64,000 nt of DNA from assembly GCA_019057815.1 (NCBI GenBank), contig JAHLWR010000003.1, forward strand, positions 96,001 through 160,000, read 5' to 3'. The DNA is from Candidatus Heimdallarchaeota archaeon (GTDB taxonomy: Archaea > Asgardarchaeota > Heimdallarchaeia > Heimdallarchaeales > Heimdallarchaeaceae). Every line of letters starts with the position of its first letter. The stretch's first letter is position 1. The position numbers and the translations under genes are program-made. A model generated the notes under the pieces. It searched no databases and was not told where the DNA came from. It saw nothing but the letters and a program-made list of their open reading frames with translations. Of this stretch, positions 9,952-20,634 are shown piece after piece.

Positions 9952-11790
9952 ATGGGTATTTACAAAAATCACGCGAAAAAAGTTTCTGGGGAATTTTACA
10001 CTCCTGAAATAGTTATTGAATATATGATTCAAAGGATCTTCAATTTATTAGAAGATCAAGGAAGAATCACCATGTTTTCTTTTTCAAAATTCATTGATTC
10101 GCTTGAGAGAATAAGTTTTTGTGATCCTGCATTAGGCACTGGGAACTTCATTTTGGGTATTATGCAAAAAATCCGTAGATTAAGTGTTGATTTTCCAGAT
10201 TATTCAGATAAAAAATACTCTTCTTTTATTAAGAAATTTGTAGGTAACAATATTTTTGGTATAGAACTAAGTAGAAATTCACTACAAGTTTGCAAAAAAA
10301 GACTGAAAGAAAATCTTTCTCTACCGGAAGAATTCGAATTAAGGAATTTAAAACTGGGAAATACACTGGTAGATGAAGATGCATTTGATATCCTTCAAAT
10401 GGAGGAAACTTCAGTGTTAAAACCTTTTTCTTGGGAAAATTTTTCTGGAAATAACTCCAAATTTGATATAATTATCGGTAATCCTCCATACTTTAACCTA
10501 AAAAAAATGATTCTGTTAGATAATCAAGTAAGACTGTTATTTACATATTTAAGAAAATCTAAATTCTGGAGAGGATATTATCGTTCATCTTCTGATATAT
10601 ACTATTATTTTCTCATCAAATCGCTCTTACACTTAAAAGAAAATGGTTTATTATCATTTATTTTGCCAAATTCTTGGATTGAGAATAAATATGCGGATAA
10701 ATTAAGAGATTTCCTATTAAACTACGGAATAATTGAGATTGTTGATTTAGGTCCGATGTTGATATTTAAAGAAGAAGGAAGATGGCTCAATATTGAAAAT
10801 AGTATTTTAACAGTACAAAACAAACCTGCTTTAGATACTTTCCAAATAATAAAAAATGAAGAAATAAGAGTATTGAATCGAGACAAATTTATTGGAGAAA
10901 TAATGAACAACTATAGCAGATTCAAAATAGCTCAAACAGCTCTTAACAAAGAAAAATGGGTTCTTAGTCCAAATTTGTCACTTATTCGAGAAATAGAAAA
11001 AAACCCATCTGTTGTTCAATTAGGAGAAATTGCTACAGTAGCTCAAGGAATGTCACCTGGACTAAAATCGGTTTTCGTTCTTTCAGAAGACGAAGTAATA
11101 AAACATGAAATCGAAGAAGATGTGTTAGTACCATTCATTACAAATAAAAGTATAAAGAAATGGTTCTGCCAAGATTCAAAGAAAAAATGCATATTACCTT
11201 CAAAAGTAGAAGACATTAGTGAGTATGTAAACTGTTATAGGTACTTGACTTCTTATGAAAAGGAATTACAAAGAGGTCCTGATAGACAAAGATTACTTAA
11301 AAAAGGTCTAATAAGGTTTTACGATTTCAGTGTTTACAGGAATCTAAACTTGTTTCTTACAGCTAAAAAGAAAATAATCTGTCCTTATAGATCTTATAAC
11401 AACAGATTTGCTGTTGATTTGAAAGGTTTATTTGGGGCAACAGATATCTATGCTATTGTACCTGACGATGAGACTATGCTTTATTATCTCCTAGGCATAT
11501 TAAACAGCACTATCTTTGAATTCTGGTATAAAGAAGCTGGAAAGCGTAAAGGGAAAATGCTTGAATTCTTTAGCCATCCTTTAAGAAAATCTCCTATCCC
11601 TTTAATTAATGAAAGAGAAGAGATTCAAGATCATGTGAAATCAATTGTGCAAATGTCAGCAAGGGAGAAGGGAAAAGAAACAACTGAAATTGTCAAGAAA
11701 CAAGTAATTATTGATCAGCTTATTGTTGAAGGAATGGGAATTAAACAATCAGATTTCAATAAAATACTGAAATTGAGTTCAAAATTATAA
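9952..11790 (+). CDS. N6-adenine DNA methyltransferase, gamma class (Eco57I/TaqI-like) with C-terminal TRD
   Basis: GEFYTP, CDPALGTGNF, IIGNPPY, YYLLGILNS. Confidence 0.9.
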   Translation: MGIYKNHAKKVSGEFYTPEIVIEYMIQRIFNLLEDQGRITMFSFSKFIDSLERISFCDPALGTGNFILGIMQKIRRLSVDFPDYSDKKYSSFIKKFVGNNIFGIELSRNSLQVCKKRLKENLSLPEEFELRNLKLGNTLVDEDAFDILQMEETSVLKPFSWENFSGNNSKFDIIIGNPPYFNLKKMILLDNQVRLLFTYLRKSKFWRGYYRSSSDIYYYFLIKSLLHLKENGLLSFILPNSWIENKYADKLRDFLLNYGIIEIVDLGPMLIFKEEGRWLNIENSILTVQNKPALDTFQIIKNEEIRVLNRDKFIGEIMNNYSRFKIAQTALNKEKWVLSPNLSLIREIEKNPSVVQLGEIATVAQGMSPGLKSVFVLSEDEVIKHEIEEDVLVPFITNKSIKKWFCQDSKKKCILPSKVEDISEYVNCYRYLTSYEKELQRGPDRQRLLKKGLIRFYDFSVYRNLNLFLTAKKKIICPYRSYNNRFAVDLKGLFGATDIYAIVPDDETMLYYLLGILNSTIFEFWYKEAGKRKGKMLEFFSHPLRKSPIPLINEREEIQDHVKSIVQMSAREKGKETTEIVKKQVIIDQLIVEGMGIKQSDFNKILKLSSKL

Positions 11791-11805
11791 ACTGCTTTCA
11801 AGAAT

Positions 11806-12609
11806 TTATATGTAAGAACAATGGACACTCCATTCATCAAAACCAGCTAAATATAATTTTACTTTGTTATATCCTATTTCTTTAAGAATTAAATAAACAA
11901 GAGCAGATTGTGGAGCGCTTTCACAATAAACGACAATGTCTTTTTTTCTTGTAATTCCTTTGGATATTAAAGCATCTTCAATACACCTAAGAGCTTTTAA
12001 AATAAAATAATCGGGTAATTCTTCATACATATCCATCCACCAATATTGCAGGCTGTTTGGAATATTACTACCCATATTATCCATTTCAATTGCATAAATT
12101 GAACGGTTGTCAATAAATGTAAAATTACCAGTTTTTAATGAAATCAATATTTCATCGCTAGTAATCATTATTTCTTCATTACAGCAATTTAGGTCAAAAT
12201 CTCCTCTCACAATTTCATGAGTATTCGTTCCCATGGGTAAGTTCTCATTTTCCCATTTGGCAAGCGCACCATCAATCAATTTAACGTTCAGAAAGTTGAA
12301 ATAATGCAAAGACCACGTAGCCAGGGAGCAATTAAGGTTGAAGACATCATCAACAAAAATGATTGTATTTTCTTTATTCACACCTTTTTCTTGTAAAGAG
12401 TTAACAACGTCTTTTCTATCGGGTAAAGTGTTAAAACCATCTTCATTTTTCCGAATAAAAACAGAAGAATCAATATGAACAGATCCAGGAATGTGGGCTT
12501 CTTCATACTTTTCTTTTAATCTTAAATCAATTATTTTGAAGTTCTTATTATCAAGAATGCTAGCTACCCATTCAGTTGAAACGAAAGTTTGAATCTTCTC
12601 CTTACTCAT
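11806..12609 (-). CDS. Tandem-domain rhodanese/sulfurtransferase
   Basis: IIDLR...HIPGSV, LIDGAL..W, active-site VYCES, LYLAGFDEW. Confidence 0.88.
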   Translation of the reverse strand: MSKEKIQTFVSTEWVASILDNKNFKIIDLRLKEKYEEAHIPGSVHIDSSVFIRKNEDGFNTLPDRKDVVNSLQEKGVNKENTIIFVDDVFNLNCSLATWSLHYFNFLNVKLIDGALAKWENENLPMGTNTHEIVRGDFDLNCCNEEIMITSDEILISLKTGNFTFIDNRSIYAIEMDNMGSNIPNSLQYWWMDMYEELPDYFILKALRCIEDALISKGITRKKDIVVYCESAPQSALVYLILKEIGYNKVKLYLAGFDEWSVHCSYI

Positions 12610-12654
12610 TCATTGTTGAGAAAAGTATTATCTATTAATAATTTTGTTGTAGTA

Positions 12655-13620
12655 CTACTCGTCTCGTTGTATGTTGGCTAAAGTTCCAGCAAATATTAGT
12701 GGGAGTGCTATAGTTATATCTGAGACAACTGTAACCATCTTAGATCTACCTGATGTCTTACCCCACGATATAGATTCCGAAAGAGATGCTCCTGAAAGAC
12801 CACCTGTTTCAACTCGATCCATGGTGATTTGAATGGCATATTCATATGTTTTAGGGGACATAAGTCTAGACTGAAAAATGTAATTTTTAGGAACTCCTCC
12901 TCCCAAGAAAAATGTTCCAGCCTTATCTGAATCACACGCAATTTGTTGGATTTTACTCAAATCCCCCATTATATCGATAAATACTTTGTGAGTTTGTGAG
13001 AATAACCAGAGTTGTAATCCAAGAATACTATCGGAGAATGCAGGAACAAAGATTGGTATCTTTTTTTCATAAGCAGCTTGAACAAAAGAATCTTCATCAG
13101 ATATTTTACTTCCTATTATTTCAAGTAATTTGTAAGTAGTAAGAGAAAGTTGCTGGTTTTCACTTCTTTCGCCCCAGATCTCTTGAAAAATAGGTTGAAG
13201 ACCATCTTCAAGTTTCATAAAGGATTCGTCAGAAACAAAAGCATCGTAGATTCTATCAATTGACTTTTCCCTTAATTCAGCATCTGAAGTGTAAGGCACT
13301 TTATGCATATGCCTTCCTCCAAAAGCTTCAATTAAATCATGAGTGACATTTGCTCCAGTAGAGACGATCACATTAACCATATCATTTCTGATTAAATCAA
13401 CTAGAACTTTTCTCATACCACCAGGAACTAAAGCTCCTGCTATTCCAAGAAAAACTGTTGCCTTATTTTGGAGCATTTCAGTAAATACTTCAATTGCTTC
13501 TGCAATTCGTCCTGGACCAAAAACACCAGAAGATCTAAATTCAGATAGCAATTCCTCCACTGTTTGTCCGTTATTAACCTTGATATGATTTACTCGGGAA
13601 TATTTATTATGGTTTTTCAT
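12655..13620 (-). CDS. dys: Deoxyhypusine synthase
   Basis: STGANVTHD, DRIYD, GGGVPKNY, GGLSGASLSESISWGK with the catalytic Lys. Confidence 0.93.
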   Translation of the reverse strand: MKNHNKYSRVNHIKVNNGQTVEELLSEFRSSGVFGPGRIAEAIEVFTEMLQNKATVFLGIAGALVPGGMRKVLVDLIRNDMVNVIVSTGANVTHDLIEAFGGRHMHKVPYTSDAELREKSIDRIYDAFVSDESFMKLEDGLQPIFQEIWGERSENQQLSLTTYKLLEIIGSKISDEDSFVQAAYEKKIPIFVPAFSDSILGLQLWLFSQTHKVFIDIMGDLSKIQQIACDSDKAGTFFLGGGVPKNYIFQSRLMSPKTYEYAIQITMDRVETGGLSGASLSESISWGKTSGRSKMVTVVSDITIALPLIFAGTLANIQRDE

Positions 13621-13699
13621 CGACTTCTAAGTCTAATATTCTAATCCATTCTTTAGTTTTTTCACTGAACGGAATGTTTTCCAAACCATCCACAAAAAA

Positions 13700-13981
13700 T
13701 TATTTGTTTTCCTCTTCTTTTTGTGCAATAAGCAGTTCTATCTCTTTAGCTCGAAAAGGTGATTCATCTAATTCTGTATGATCAATAGGACAAATATATC
13801 GAATCTCATCTCCAATTTGAATTTTACCTAAAGGGAGATTGCAGATATACATGCGTCCACATGCAGGGCAATAGAATGTAGAACGTGTTGCTTCTTCAAA
13901 TAAATCTAAATCTTTATCTATAGCACAAACAGGGCATGGGAACATACAAATTGTAGGGCGAAGAGATTCTTTTGGTGACAA
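13700..13981 (-). CDS. Zinc-ribbon hypothetical protein, possibly prematurely stopped (frame continues to 13607)
   Basis: CPVC, CPAC..C and CPID motifs; TTG start inferred. Confidence 0.65.
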   Translation of the reverse strand: MSPKESLRPTICMFPCPVCAIDKDLDLFEEATRSTFYCPACGRMYICNLPLGKIQIGDEIRYICPIDHTELDESPFRAKEIELLIAQKEEENK

Positions 13982-14084
13982 AATTATACACCGTGATATT
14001 TTAACATAAAACAATTAGAATATATTAATTTTGGCATTTAATTTCTTTATAAAATAGTTAAGACAACTAATTTTTTCTCTTATT

Positions 14085-14861
14085 TTATGCTTTGAACCAC
14101 AATTTTAACTCTGGAAAATGGAACACTTCATTTTTTTCACCTAGAACAAAGAATTCCATCAGATTAATGTTTACTTGCGTTCTTAAGATAGGGGATAATA
14201 ATGATTTTTGATTCAAGGGTGTAATGGGTGTTCCTGCAGAATATACTGTATAAGCTGGCATTACAATGATTTTTGCGTCATAATTTATTAAAGGTCCAAG
14301 TAAGAATGAAGGCGCTTTCAATTTTTGAATTTTATTCACTTTCTGTTCAAAGACAGGGTGTTCATGACCTATTATCACATAATGAACTGAAGAAGGAAGA
14401 TGTTCAGGTAATGGCTGATCACCATGAGTAAAGTAATAATTCTTAAAAACAAAAGACTCTGGATGGAAATGAACATTAGTATATTCTCTAGCTACCCAGT
14501 TAAGAAAAATGTCATGGTTTCCTTTAATTAAATGAATATCCTTAACTAGTTTGGAAACAGCTCCTACAAATTTCTTTACATCTCTATTTTCGATTTTTGA
14601 AGGTTCTTGAAAAGAATGTTTTACATCTCCATTAAGTACAAGCATACAAGGTTTAATCTGTTTAATTAGTAGTTTTATTGTATTGATAACAGAATCTGTC
14701 TGATTATAAGGAGTAAAAGATCCATCCTCATTCATAATAGCTTCTATTCCCAAATGTAAATCTGAAATTACAAGCGCATTAATATCCTCTAAAAATAAAA
14801 CTGGTTGGGCATTTATTATACTAATCAACGAGGATATTTGGTATTTAGTGAACGATTTCAT
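14085..14861 (-). CDS. Metallophosphoesterase (ICC-like, COG1407 type)
   Basis: SDLHLG, NGDVKH, GNHD, HGD, GHEHP, VMPA. Confidence 0.9.
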   Translation of the reverse strand: MKSFTKYQISSLISIINAQPVLFLEDINALVISDLHLGIEAIMNEDGSFTPYNQTDSVINTIKLLIKQIKPCMLVLNGDVKHSFQEPSKIENRDVKKFVGAVSKLVKDIHLIKGNHDIFLNWVAREYTNVHFHPESFVFKNYYFTHGDQPLPEHLPSSVHYVIIGHEHPVFEQKVNKIQKLKAPSFLLGPLINYDAKIIVMPAYTVYSAGTPITPLNQKSLLSPILRTQVNINLMEFFVLGEKNEVFHFPELKLWFKA

Positions 14862-15707
14862 GTAATTCCTTTTTCCATATTTTTGAAGATAAGAAGCTGT
14901 TAACGTGTTCAATTAATGCTTCTTCTTTTCCTTCAATAAACTTGTGGGAGTCATGTTCGAATAATTTGTGCTCACTGAGTGGATTTCCTACTAGATATCT
15001 TCTAGCATCTTTAGGGTCCGTAAAATCATCATTTGTACTTGACATAACAAAAATAGGATAAGGCATGTTTCCTTCTTGTCCTCTAAAATCTACTACTCCT
15101 AAAGTTTCAATAGCTATTCTTCTTTGAACCCATGGATCATTATCATAGAACCTTTTTTCTGCATGCTTAACATCTTTTCGTTCTTTTTTATTTCTTGTAA
15201 TTTTTAGCCAAAGAAAAACGATTTTTTGAAAGAAACTGAATAACCAATCAGGAAACCATCCTATTCTCTTAAAAATGCCTGCTTCTCTATATTTTGGAGA
15301 AGGAGAGGCTAATAATAATGCAGCTGGTTCAGGTTTTTCACCTTCTAAAAAAACTGAATATTGATGTATCATAGCTACAGCTAAACTTGATCCAAAAATG
15401 GTAAATTTTTGACTCTGGAGATTCAATTCCTGAAAAATCTCTCTCATCTCATTTGCATAAGAAACAATTATTAAATTCCCTTTACATGCAATTTGGAAGA
15501 CTTTCCATATCCTCTAGGTTCATATAAAATAACATTATAATATTTTGAAAATGCTTGTGCTAGAGGGTAGCGCTCTTCTATAGTACCAAAAAATCCTGTA
15601 ATTATTATAACAGTTTTATCTTTGCCTTCCTCGTTCTCAGTCTGAAGGTGAACATATCTAATGTTTATTTCGTTAAAGGAAGGAAGTGTTAGTGTCTGAA
15701 AATGCAT
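14845..15707 (-). pseudogene. Alpha/beta hydrolase split by a frameshift near 15470
   Basis: The N-terminal part has ITGF and YEPRGYGKSS. The C-terminal part has the GSSLA nucleophile elbow, Asp (NDD) and His (SHK). The two parts are in different frames. Confidence 0.8.
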
Positions 15708-15832
15708 TTTCTATCAACAAATGATTTCTATTTCTGGTTTGTTGATAAATTTAAAAATTATTGTTTCGTACCAAATATTTGTTGAGACGAAGTAAGCTTT
15801 AAGAAATCAAACACAAAGTAATTTTGAAAGAT

Positions 15833-17092
15833 ATGACGATACGAAAAGAAATTCAAGAATTTCTATTAGAAGAGACGGTAAAGAGATTTCTAGTGTACGT
15901 TAAGATTCACACAACATCTTCAGAAGAATCAACTACTTATCCCAGTACATCTTGTCAACTGGATTTAGGTAGTAAATTAAAGGAGGAATTGCTTGAGTTA
16001 GGTCTAGATAATGTTGTGCATGATGAGTTTGGTTATGTCTATGCTGATTTATCTGCAAGCGAAAATCGTGAAAATGTTCAACCAATAGCGTTTATTGCTC
16101 ATCTTGATACTTCTCCTGCTGCAGAAGGGAAAGATGTTAAACCAATAATTCATGAAAACTATCAAGGGCAAGAAATCAAGTATCCTGAAGATCCTACTCT
16201 GTCTTTAAGTGTAAAAGATTCACCTGAGCTTGAATCATTTATTGGGATGGACATCATTACTTCTTCAGGTGATACTCTTTTAGGAGCTGATGATAAAGCT
16301 GGAATAGCCGAGATTATGGCAGCTCTAAGAGCATGGAAGAAATTTCCTGAACTTAAGCATGGTAAGATAATTGTCTGTTTTACTCCTGATGAAGAAGTTG
16401 GTAAAGGTACAGCAAAAATCAATTTAGATCGATTACCTAAATTCTGTTACACTCTTGATGGTGGAGAAATGGGAGAATTAGAAACTGAATGTTTTGATGC
16501 ATGGAAAGCAGAATTCGAATTTAAAGGCTTGAGTGTTCATCCAGGATATGCAAAAAACAAGATGATAAACGCTATTGATACCGCTTCAAGATTCTTTTCA
16601 GAAGTTCCAGAATATGAAACGCCAGAACACACTGAAAAAAGGGAGGGTTTTTATCATCTGTATAATCTTTCAGGTAGTGCAGAAGTAGCGAAAGCTGCAA
16701 TGATTTTGAGAGATTTTGAAGAAAAAGAAAATAAGAGACGAATGGTATTTCTAGAGTCTCTGAAAGAGACCTATGAAAAGCGATATATTGGGTTAAAAAT
16801 AGATTTAAAATTATCTCACAGTTATGAAAATATGTCTGTGTATTTGGAACCATTTCCTGATGTTATAAAACATGCAGAAAAGGCTATAGAAGAAGTTGGT
16901 CTAGAAGTAAAACGAATAGGGATACGAGGAGGAACTGATGGTGCAAGATTGTCAGCTAAAGGGATACCAACACCTAACATCTTTGCCGGTGGAATGCTGT
17001 TCCATTCACGAAAAGAATATATACCTGCCAAAGCTTTGCAAAAAGCTGCTGAAGTCGTGTTAATAATCGCAAAAAATTGGATAAGTAACTGA
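15833..17092 (+). CDS. pepT: Peptidase T (M20B tripeptidase)
   Basis: AHLDTS, LLGADDKAG, FTPDEE, HPGYAK, IRGGTDG, FHS. Confidence 0.95.
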   Translation: MTIRKEIQEFLLEETVKRFLVYVKIHTTSSEESTTYPSTSCQLDLGSKLKEELLELGLDNVVHDEFGYVYADLSASENRENVQPIAFIAHLDTSPAAEGKDVKPIIHENYQGQEIKYPEDPTLSLSVKDSPELESFIGMDIITSSGDTLLGADDKAGIAEIMAALRAWKKFPELKHGKIIVCFTPDEEVGKGTAKINLDRLPKFCYTLDGGEMGELETECFDAWKAEFEFKGLSVHPGYAKNKMINAIDTASRFFSEVPEYETPEHTEKREGFYHLYNLSGSAEVAKAAMILRDFEEKENKRRMVFLESLKETYEKRYIGLKIDLKLSHSYENMSVYLEPFPDVIKHAEKAIEEVGLEVKRIGIRGGTDGARLSAKGIPTPNIFAGGMLFHSRKEYIPAKALQKAAEVVLIIAKNWISN

Positions 17093-17125
17093 AATGTAGT
17101 GCAGAAAGTTAGAAAATACTTTTAT

Positions 17126-17794
17126 CTATTTATTTTTCCTTGTTCTCTCTTTTTCGAATAAAACAGAATACATCTTTTTACATGCAATACAACAGTTGCT
17201 TACTATTTCTTTCATTTTGTTTGCCATTATATATAAAGAGAACTCGTCTTTCAATGTTTGGGTTTCTTGCATCATGTATCTGAGCATCACACGATACAAT
17301 TTTTGCGAACTAATATCAAGTTCAGTTAATTGGATTTTGTCAAGATGTTTTAAACTTGTAAACTGTGGTTGGATGATTCTGTTGAATAATGCTATTGAAT
17401 CAGCTACTGTTTGATTAAGAGCATATAACACATCCATAAATGGTAGTTGCATTTCTATGTGTTTGTGAGATAATAGTGTGTTAAGATCAACCATTAAATT
17501 GGCAACAATTTTGAGATGATTAAAAACATAGTCATAAGATGGAACTAGGCTTGTGTATTCCTTTTCAGTCGGAATAATTACTATTGTTGAAATATCATCC
17601 AGAAAATTAATCACATTGATATACAACTGTTCGATCAGAATCCCTCTCTCTTCTATTCCTGGATGAAAGAGAAGAGAGTTTGTCAGCAATTCAGACATTC
17701 GTTCCAAAGTACTACCCACTAGCGTAGAACAATTTTGAAGTATTATAATTATTTCTTCACTTGTACTCTTTTTAGGTGACATTATAGAACCCAA
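17126..17794 (-). CDS. All-helical hypothetical protein (possible PhoU/DUF47-like bundle)
   Basis: Long ORF with amphipathic helices; the fold guess is weak. Confidence 0.55.
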   Translation of the reverse strand: MGSIMSPKKSTSEEIIIILQNCSTLVGSTLERMSELLTNSLLFHPGIEERGILIEQLYINVINFLDDISTIVIIPTEKEYTSLVPSYDYVFNHLKIVANLMVDLNTLLSHKHIEMQLPFMDVLYALNQTVADSIALFNRIIQPQFTSLKHLDKIQLTELDISSQKLYRVMLRYMMQETQTLKDEFSLYIMANKMKEIVSNCCIACKKMYSVLFEKERTRKNK

Positions 17795-17867
17795 ATAATA
17801 ATATCTTCTATAAGTATAAAGATTTTTGTGTGATTTATTTCCACTGAATAATCCCCTTTACAGCTGT

Positions 17868-18401
17868 TTATATGGGTATAATTTGGACAAATTCAAGAGT
17901 CTGAGCAAAGAGTCTGAAGTCTTCAGTATCGAAGATGTTCTTATGCTTCTTTCTATTGTAGCCAAATACGAATTTTGCTCCATTATAATTCTCGCAAAAA
18001 AATTGTAGGTGTTTGATCTTTTCTTCAGGTTCATCAACAAAAATAGCTTCTGCTCTAAATCTCTTAAAACCCTTGTAAACAAAAACAATTTTTTCTTTTT
18101 GAGCTCGGATATTTCTAACCCAATCAGCATTTTTACCTCGAGCTGAATAAAGGGTAATAGTATTTGTGTAAAAAGAGTTATGGAGAGTTGGAGTTCTTCT
18201 TTTCTTTCCCGTTCTTCTTCCGATTGTTTCAATAACTAGCATACTTTTACCTATGCCAAATATTGGTAAAACATAAAACCGATACAGAAATATTATAACT
18301 CTGTTCATTCTTTTTGTCTGTTTTCTAAAAGAGCTATTGCTAGCTCTATGTTTAGAGACAATAGAGACAATAGAATTAGAAGAAGGGAATTCATTAGACA
18401 T
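17868..18401 (-). CDS. Deazaflavin (F420)-dependent nitroreductase family protein
   Basis: LVIETIGRRTGKKRRTP and ADWVRNIRA motifs. Confidence 0.85.
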   Translation of the reverse strand: MSNEFPSSNSIVSIVSKHRASNSSFRKQTKRMNRVIIFLYRFYVLPIFGIGKSMLVIETIGRRTGKKRRTPTLHNSFYTNTITLYSARGKNADWVRNIRAQKEKIVFVYKGFKRFRAEAIFVDEPEEKIKHLQFFCENYNGAKFVFGYNRKKHKNIFDTEDFRLFAQTLEFVQIIPI

Positions 18402-18500
18402 AATGTTACTTTTGTTTATCAATATATAAAATTTTGCAGAACTGAGCCTTAAAATCAAATAATTACACAAAAAATGAAAATAAATAGGAAAACTAGTTTT

Positions 18501-19019
18501 TTAGTTCTCTTCTGTGAAAAGTTTTCCTACTCTATCAGCCCATTTTTCGATTTTTTCCCAGTCACGATTATCTTTTTGGAATGTGGGTATCCTCTGTAAG
18601 ATACGAAGAGTCCAGATTTTTGGTATTTGTGTTAAAGGTATTCTACCACCAAAAGCTTCAGCGGCTATTGGATTTACATTAGAGTGTTTAGCAATTACAT
18701 TTTCAAGAAAATTCTTCTTTGCGTAATCATATGTTTCTGTTTCTCCTGCGTAACTAGAAGAAATATAAACAGCTACTTTCTTACCAGTAAAATCGTTTTC
18801 GAGATATTTTTCAGTATTTTCAGTCCATTTACCATATTTGATACCACTGCCGATAATTACATATTTGTAATCTGATAAATCGGGACAAGATCTGTAGTCT
18901 TTAAGATCCCATATATCGGATACAAGTTTGTGTTTTTTCTTCAATACAGCTGCTATTGCTGCTGCAGTATCACCTGTAGCTCCATATCTTGTTCCAAATG
19001 CTATTAGTACGTCACTCAA
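18501..19019 (-). CDS. Flavodoxin-domain protein (HemG/Flavodoxin_5-like)
   Basis: TRYGAT, VIIGSGIKYGKW, FGG, DNRDWEKIEKWA. Confidence 0.85.
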   Translation of the reverse strand: MSDVLIAFGTRYGATGDTAAAIAAVLKKKHKLVSDIWDLKDYRSCPDLSDYKYVIIGSGIKYGKWTENTEKYLENDFTGKKVAVYISSSYAGETETYDYAKKNFLENVIAKHSNVNPIAAEAFGGRIPLTQIPKIWTLRILQRIPTFQKDNRDWEKIEKWADRVGKLFTEEN

Positions 19020-19136
19020 TTATTTCACCTTAATTGGGTATTCATCCATTTTCTACTTCAACTAACGTGTTAGAGTTTATTAAATTTCTCAATAAACAAA
19101 TTTTTAAATTATTTTTATAAAGAGATTTAGAACATC

Positions 19137-19664
19137 ATGCCATATCCAGTAAGACTTGTAGATTACAAATCTGAATGGTCTGCTCATTTTAAGAAAGAAA
19201 AGGATTTAATTATGGATATAGTCTGTGTCAAAAACATTGTAGTTGAGCATATAGGCAGTACATCTATTCCAGGAATAAAAGCTAAATCGACGATAGATAT
19301 CTTAGTAGGTGTTCAAACGTTAGAGGAAGCAATGAAAATCATTCCAGATCTTGAAAAGATAGGATATGAGTACTTTCCTGAGTATGAAGAGCGGATTCCA
19401 GAGAGAAGATATTTGAGTAAAGGCGAAAAAGGGAAAAGATCTCATCATCTTCACATGTTTGATATCAAGAGCGATTTATGGAAAGAACATCTTCTTTTCA
19501 GAGAATATTTAAGAAAAAATAAAGAGAAAGCAAAGGAATATGAGAAATTAAAAGTGAATTTCGCAAAAAAGTATCACTCAAATAAGGAAGAGTATACAAG
19601 AGCTAAGGGTCCTTTTATCGAAAAAATGATTAGAGAAGCAAAATCCCAGATTCCTTCACTTTGA
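19137..19664 (+). CDS. GrpB/UPF0157 nucleotidyltransferase-fold protein
   Basis: EHIGSTSIPG, KSTIDI, HHLH, FREYL, Y..LK, YT.AK. Confidence 0.9.
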   Translation: MPYPVRLVDYKSEWSAHFKKEKDLIMDIVCVKNIVVEHIGSTSIPGIKAKSTIDILVGVQTLEEAMKIIPDLEKIGYEYFPEYEERIPERRYLSKGEKGKRSHHLHMFDIKSDLWKEHLLFREYLRKNKEKAKEYEKLKVNFAKKYHSNKEEYTRAKGPFIEKMIREAKSQIPSL

Positions 19665-19706
19665 TCAAGATTTTCTCTACCACTAACTACTTTTTTAACT
19701 ACAAGG
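19514..19706 (+). repeat. Direct repeat copy A (3' end of grpB-like gene plus terminator region)
   Basis: Matches 20955-21147 at offset 1441, with about 8 mismatches in 193 bp. Confidence 0.93.
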
Positions 19707-20206
19707 ATTTAAGATACGAATTCATGATTAATTGTACATTATATGTATTTGCTGGAACAGATATGCTAGGTATTGAAACAAGTCTTCGTTTAAAATGCTC
19801 TCATTCAAGTCGTTTTCAACCCCATTACCAACTTTATTTCTTACTTGGTATAAATCGACACAAACTGCAATATTAATGTTTTCGAATAATCTTCTTCTAG
19901 ACGCACTCTGATTATATATTACACATTTCTTAAATCTTAAATGAAATCTCATCTAATTCAGACTTGTAGACGTTTTAACATAGTCTAGATATTTATTGTG
20001 TTTAAAACAGAGAGAGCGTGTTAATAATCGAATATAACCAAAAATAAAGCATTTTCCAAATTCTATTCACCAGAGTGAACATTTTGTTGATATATATCTT
20101 ACAACTATAAATTCTATAGAAATAGTTAAAATATGCATATTTTTTAACTAAGTTTAAAAGATACTTATCCTTTTTATTATTAGATTAAATATCTAGGAGA
20201 ATAAAA

Positions 20207-20614
20207 ATGATTGAACGAGTTCATGAACATATTCTTGATGAATTAAAAACTAATACTAGAACAGACACAATTTTCATCATTACTGCTATCATTCTAAATA
20301 TTGTTGCAGCAAGCATTAACGCTACAATTGCAGAAGGTTCAGATCTTTCAGATACACTAATCTTTGTTATATTTATTGTGTTAGTTCTCGTGATTAATAC
20401 TGCTGTATTCTTTGGTTTAAATAGAGGAAAACAGACTCGACAGAAGTTGTTAGATGGTTTGATAAGATTATATAAAGATCAAGAAGTCAGTGGATATTAT
20501 GATTCATCGATTCTAAGTTCATATAACTTTAGATATATTCTCTTCACGATAGTTGTTTTAACTACTGGAATCGCAGCTTTAGCAATCTCCATAATTCTAA
20601 AAGTTTTGGCATAG
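20207..20614 (+). CDS. Conserved three-TM membrane hypothetical protein
   Basis: AGGAG RBS; HEHI..EL..N.RTDTIF; three hydrophobic helices. Confidence 0.75.
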   Translation: MIERVHEHILDELKTNTRTDTIFIITAIILNIVAASINATIAEGSDLSDTLIFVIFIVLVLVINTAVFFGLNRGKQTRQKLLDGLIRLYKDQEVSGYYDSSILSSYNFRYILFTIVVLTTGIAALAISIILKVLA

Positions 20615-20634
20615 TCAAAATTCATCAGAATTCA

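Noticed and set aside
19661-19952. Overlapping 71-aa (+) and 74-aa (-) ORFs
   Set aside because: No recognisable motif or RBS; probably decayed intergenic sequence inside the repeat-bounded patch.
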